Below, one piece after another: positions 60,401 to 64,000 of a DNA stretch of 64,000 nucleotides. The translations under genes were made by a program, and so were the position numbers. Below the pieces are notes generated by a model. That model ran no database searches. It saw nothing but the letters and a program-made list of their open reading frames with translations, and was not told where the DNA came from. The stretch is from Lingula anatina (taxonomy: Eukaryota > Animalia > Brachiopoda). Position 1 is the first letter of the stretch, and the number at the start of each line of letters is the position of its first letter. The stretch covers positions 41,980,401 to 42,044,400 of the forward strand of contig CM120641.1 of NCBI GenBank assembly GCA_051362555.1, written 5' to 3'.

Positions 60401-63400
60401 AATATCGTTTACAATTTTCTGTATGTTTTGATACAATATTAACGTCAATATGTGAATCTACGAACATATGTTCAGTTTGCATACAACAAAAAACACCAAC
60501 CTGAGTCTTCGTAGTTGTAACATAACACAATATGATAAAGAGTACGATGGGCACCAGGTTTACGATGAAGGACGTAATATCCCCCAACTGTCCGCTTTGT
60601 CCGATCTGGATAGTCTGGAAAGCTCCTACAACCACTAAGAATATTGTTCCCGGTCCCAAAATGGAGGACACCATGAGACAGGCTTGGTAGATGATGTATA
60701 ACATGGAAATGTCCTGGTTCACCTGAATAACCAACATATAACATATATAAGACTTAAAGTTGTGATGTTTGTGATATTTTGAAGGTCAACAAATTGTTCT
60801 GTTTGTTTGTCACTTTCTGTTAACAGCATTTTGTGTTGTCTTGGATATCCCTTTGCTATTGGATAATTTAAATTTGTGATAATAAAATAACATCACTTCA
60901 ACACGGCGAAATCCATAGCAACAATTGAAACATTTATTCAAGCAACTGAAATGTTTATATAAAGGCTAAGTAGTCGTATATTACTTCCATCTCAAAACCT
61001 TTATAGAATAAAGAGAAAGTGGCAAAAATCCTTATTTTTAGCGCAGCATTTAGAGAGCGGGGAGACAGAGAAAGGGAGGAGAGAGAGAAAGAGAGTTCGA
61101 CGGTGTACACGTACCTTGATGGTGTGTTTGAAACTGAGGAGCAAGTCCATAACGTTAGCCATAGTTGATGGTGACCAACGTCTTCTTTGGTTGAAAAATT
61201 CGTCAAAGGTCTCTGGAGCGTAGGTAAGAGCGTCAGAAGCAGCACTGTATTCCACGCGGTACCCTTGTTGTAGTAATAGGGTGCACAGCCAACGATCTTC
61301 ACCTGCAACACGGAAGTAAAAAGTTTTTTTTTGTGCTAAGATTTAATTTCTCTTCAAGTCTGGATCTATCTGGATAGCTACTTATGCGATTCACGTCAAC
61401 CGTTTTTTTTTAATCTATAATAGGAATACGTTGTACGTCGCCCTCCAATGAAACATTCTTTTTTTGTTTTTTCATTTACCAAAGTCATATTAATTTGAAA
61501 TTGCTGATCAAGCGTACACTGTTTGTGTTCAACACTGCATCAACATTCATTTCATTGTACATAAAAATATTGTGTAAGGATTATTCAAAATTAATGATCT
61601 TTGTTGTTTCTGCATACCTTGATCATATTGTAAGTAGTGTACAGCCTCGGTGGGCGTGGTCGCGTATTTCCGCATCACGTTATCGTCCATGAGAGCAGAA
61701 CCGCGAAACAAGCTGAAACATCCGGGGCTGCAGAGAACGCAACCAATCATATGTTCCGTTGCCTTCTGGAACCAATGAGAGATGGCATATTCGAACTTCT
61801 GGTACCAAACCATAGGACCTAAAACAAAACTGGACTGGTTAATATAAGTCAATACCTAATAGGAATACACTGTAAGTAGTAATGGTTGGTTGCTAATTTT
61901 TTAAACAAAATATAAATACCCCTGTTCGCCTGTTTTCAATCCTGTGGGCTAAAACACATGTTAAAGTTTTCCACCAAAGCAAATATGTACGAGAAAGCTA
62001 GACCTTGCTGAATAGTTCCAAAATAAACCATTTTCCTTCTTCTATAACGACTTCATTTCATTCATACCTGATCCTATAGGGTGAATACGACCGCATGCAG
62101 CCCCCACGTTTTCGTTCCTCTTCATCAGGTCCACCAGGATTTGAACGGCAGAAGGCTGGAAATCAACGTCGCCGTCAAGAGCCAAGAGGAACGTGTTTTC
62201 AGCCAGCTTTCCAACTTTGTTTACGTTTTCTACCTTCTGCATCAGGCGATAACCCAAGAAATAGTAGAGATACATCACCTGAAATTATCAAATTAACGTT
62301 ACTTATAAAAAAATTGAAACGTGTTTGCCTATTAAATTAGTTCAAATTATCAAAAATAATGTTAGTGTACAATAAAATGTTAATTATTTTAAATTTACCT
62401 GACTCCATCTTTTTCTATGTCGTATCTTTGCTTTATCTTTAAGGTGTGCCACCAACTTATTGCCACCAGGTAGCAGCCATACAAGACGACCCCCATACGG
62501 AGTTGGAATCTTTGTAGGAGGAGTGATGGACATTGGAATTCGATGTATGGAGCTGAAGATAAGAAGTTCTATGATTTTAGATGGTCATTTTGTTTTATAG
62601 AATAATTGTTGGGATGTTGTAATGCCATATTTATGTGATAATGATGAAATTTGCTACTTCCTGTAATAATGAAATTAAAGCAAACAAATAACAATTTGGT
62701 GTGTGTCAGTATTAATTTTTAAATAGGCTGATATCAGTATAAAAATAGTAACTGGATATAAATGGCCATATGCTCTTCAAAGACAAAGAGAATGTATGGT
62801 TTACAATTTTCTATTTTCAGTCAGATTATTTTCTCTTTGCCATCTGTATTGCACTACACAAGTCTAAAACCAGTAATCTCAGCCAAGGCTCATACCTGGC
62901 AGCAATGTCCACAACACGAACCAAGAGTTTGACAAAATCGTTCACTGTGTAGTTAGAGTTGCCATCCGCATGAGGAGTGAACGCATCATCAAAGAAAATG
63001 TGACCTGAATAGATTAAATAGAGTGGCTTATCGTGCAATATTATTGAATATGGATGATTGAAGTAAAGGAAAAATAAATATTTTGAAGAAATTTGATGTT
63101 ATACTGTTATTGAGGAACTGAATCGAGGTCTCCTGAAATTGTACATTTATTATGTATCGTACATTTGGCCTAGTAATTTTATTCTTTGCGTAACCAGATT
63201 TCTTACATATAAACAATATTTCTTTCTCTTGACATTTTCTTTCTCTTTCATCAGAGATTTAACCCAGCACCCTTGCCGTTCTCTCCGACAATATCAAAAA
63301 CGGAAAACAAAAATAAAATTTTAATTTGAGTTTTTACCTTCAAACTCATAGTAATCCGGGTCATTTACGTCGAGATATTGCTGCGCCAGGCGACGGGAGC

Positions 63401-64000
63401 ACTGGTCCATGTCAAGTCTTCAGGCGAAACAAAAAATAAAGACCTTTTATCATTTGAATGTTTTTTTAATTAAAGTAAAAAAACTTCTAAAAAATCAATG
63501 TCGTACAAGCTCTTGCCATCATACATGCAGCTGAAGTGACACTATCGACGCAAACTTATTATGAATTCAAATGTTAACTGCATTTTATTATGCTGAAGCA
63601 ACTATTAACAAAAACGAAAACGTTCGTACACACAACCCCCCCCCCCCCCCCCTCGGTGGCAAGGGTTGTCGAAACAACCGCCCTTTTGGTCGGATATGGC
63701 TCGCTCTGAATCAGATTTTGACTCGGGGTTTAATTCCATTTTTCTAGTTGGGTTAACTTAGGGGTACGAACTTATATGCCCCCTATTTCTTGTCTATTCT
63801 TTTTATGATAATTTAACTTACCTGAAAATTGACTTCAGCATCTGTAACATCTCGTTCTCCGTCTCGTGCCACATGGTGGCGCAGATGTAGATCAAGGGGG
63901 TCTTGGGGTTTCGCCTTGCTACAGAAGCGGTATAAACACGTCGGGTGTCGTCGAACGATTTCGGGTTGTTCATTACCTCCTCCACGCGCATGTAATCACG
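57416..64000 (-). CDS. chs: Chitin synthase (GT2), catalytic and C-terminal part; 5' end beyond the right edge
   Basis: Exons >64000-63822, 63417-63338, 63004-62896, 62552-62399, 62278-62068, 61818-61618, 61302-61115, 60722-60501, 60182-59609, 59313-59179, 58764-57416, all in frame with GT-AG. Motifs [56 protein letters not shown]. Confidence 0.96.
57465..57683 (-). repeat. Coding 24-bp tandem repeat in the chitin synthase tail (xDIPGSSS, ~9 units)
   Basis: CCAGGTATGTCGRCGGAGCTAGAT units on the plus strand; translation [40 protein letters not shown]-... Confidence 0.93.

Overview
Eukaryotic, AT-rich, intron-rich DNA from an animal; a lophotrochozoan such as a mollusc is inferred from gene content. 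Four host genes can be assembled by hand from GT-AG exons with consistent phases. (1) The 5' part of ANKIB1 (minus strand, continuing off the left edge). (2) A complete Dmrt gene with DM and DMA-like domains (minus, 466 aa). (3) A complete 27-exon EF-hand + WD40 gene of the WDR49/CFAP337 type (plus, 1139 aa), head-to-head with Dmrt. (4) The 3' part of a chitin synthase (minus, continuing off the right edge). There are two transposon hot spots. At 17087-25944 is a three-level nest: a CACTA/EnSpm-like DNA element contains a decayed Mag/Steamer-like LTR element, which contains a young intact Ty3/Gypsy element. The young element has identical 98-bp TA...TA LTRs, a CVDD RT motif and a non-tRNA-like PBS complementary to its own LTR (self-priming candidate). 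At 47141-56434 is an intact Ty3/Gypsy element with ~1.9-kb LTRs, a tRNA-Leu PBS, a GGGAAAC gag-pol frameshift site and a third ORF in the env position encoding a two-C2H2-finger acidic protein. That ORF has no ATG; one would be created exactly by splicing from a donor in the 5' LTR. This is the most interesting candidate for an undescribed system. No database searches were run; gene names come from recognition of motifs.
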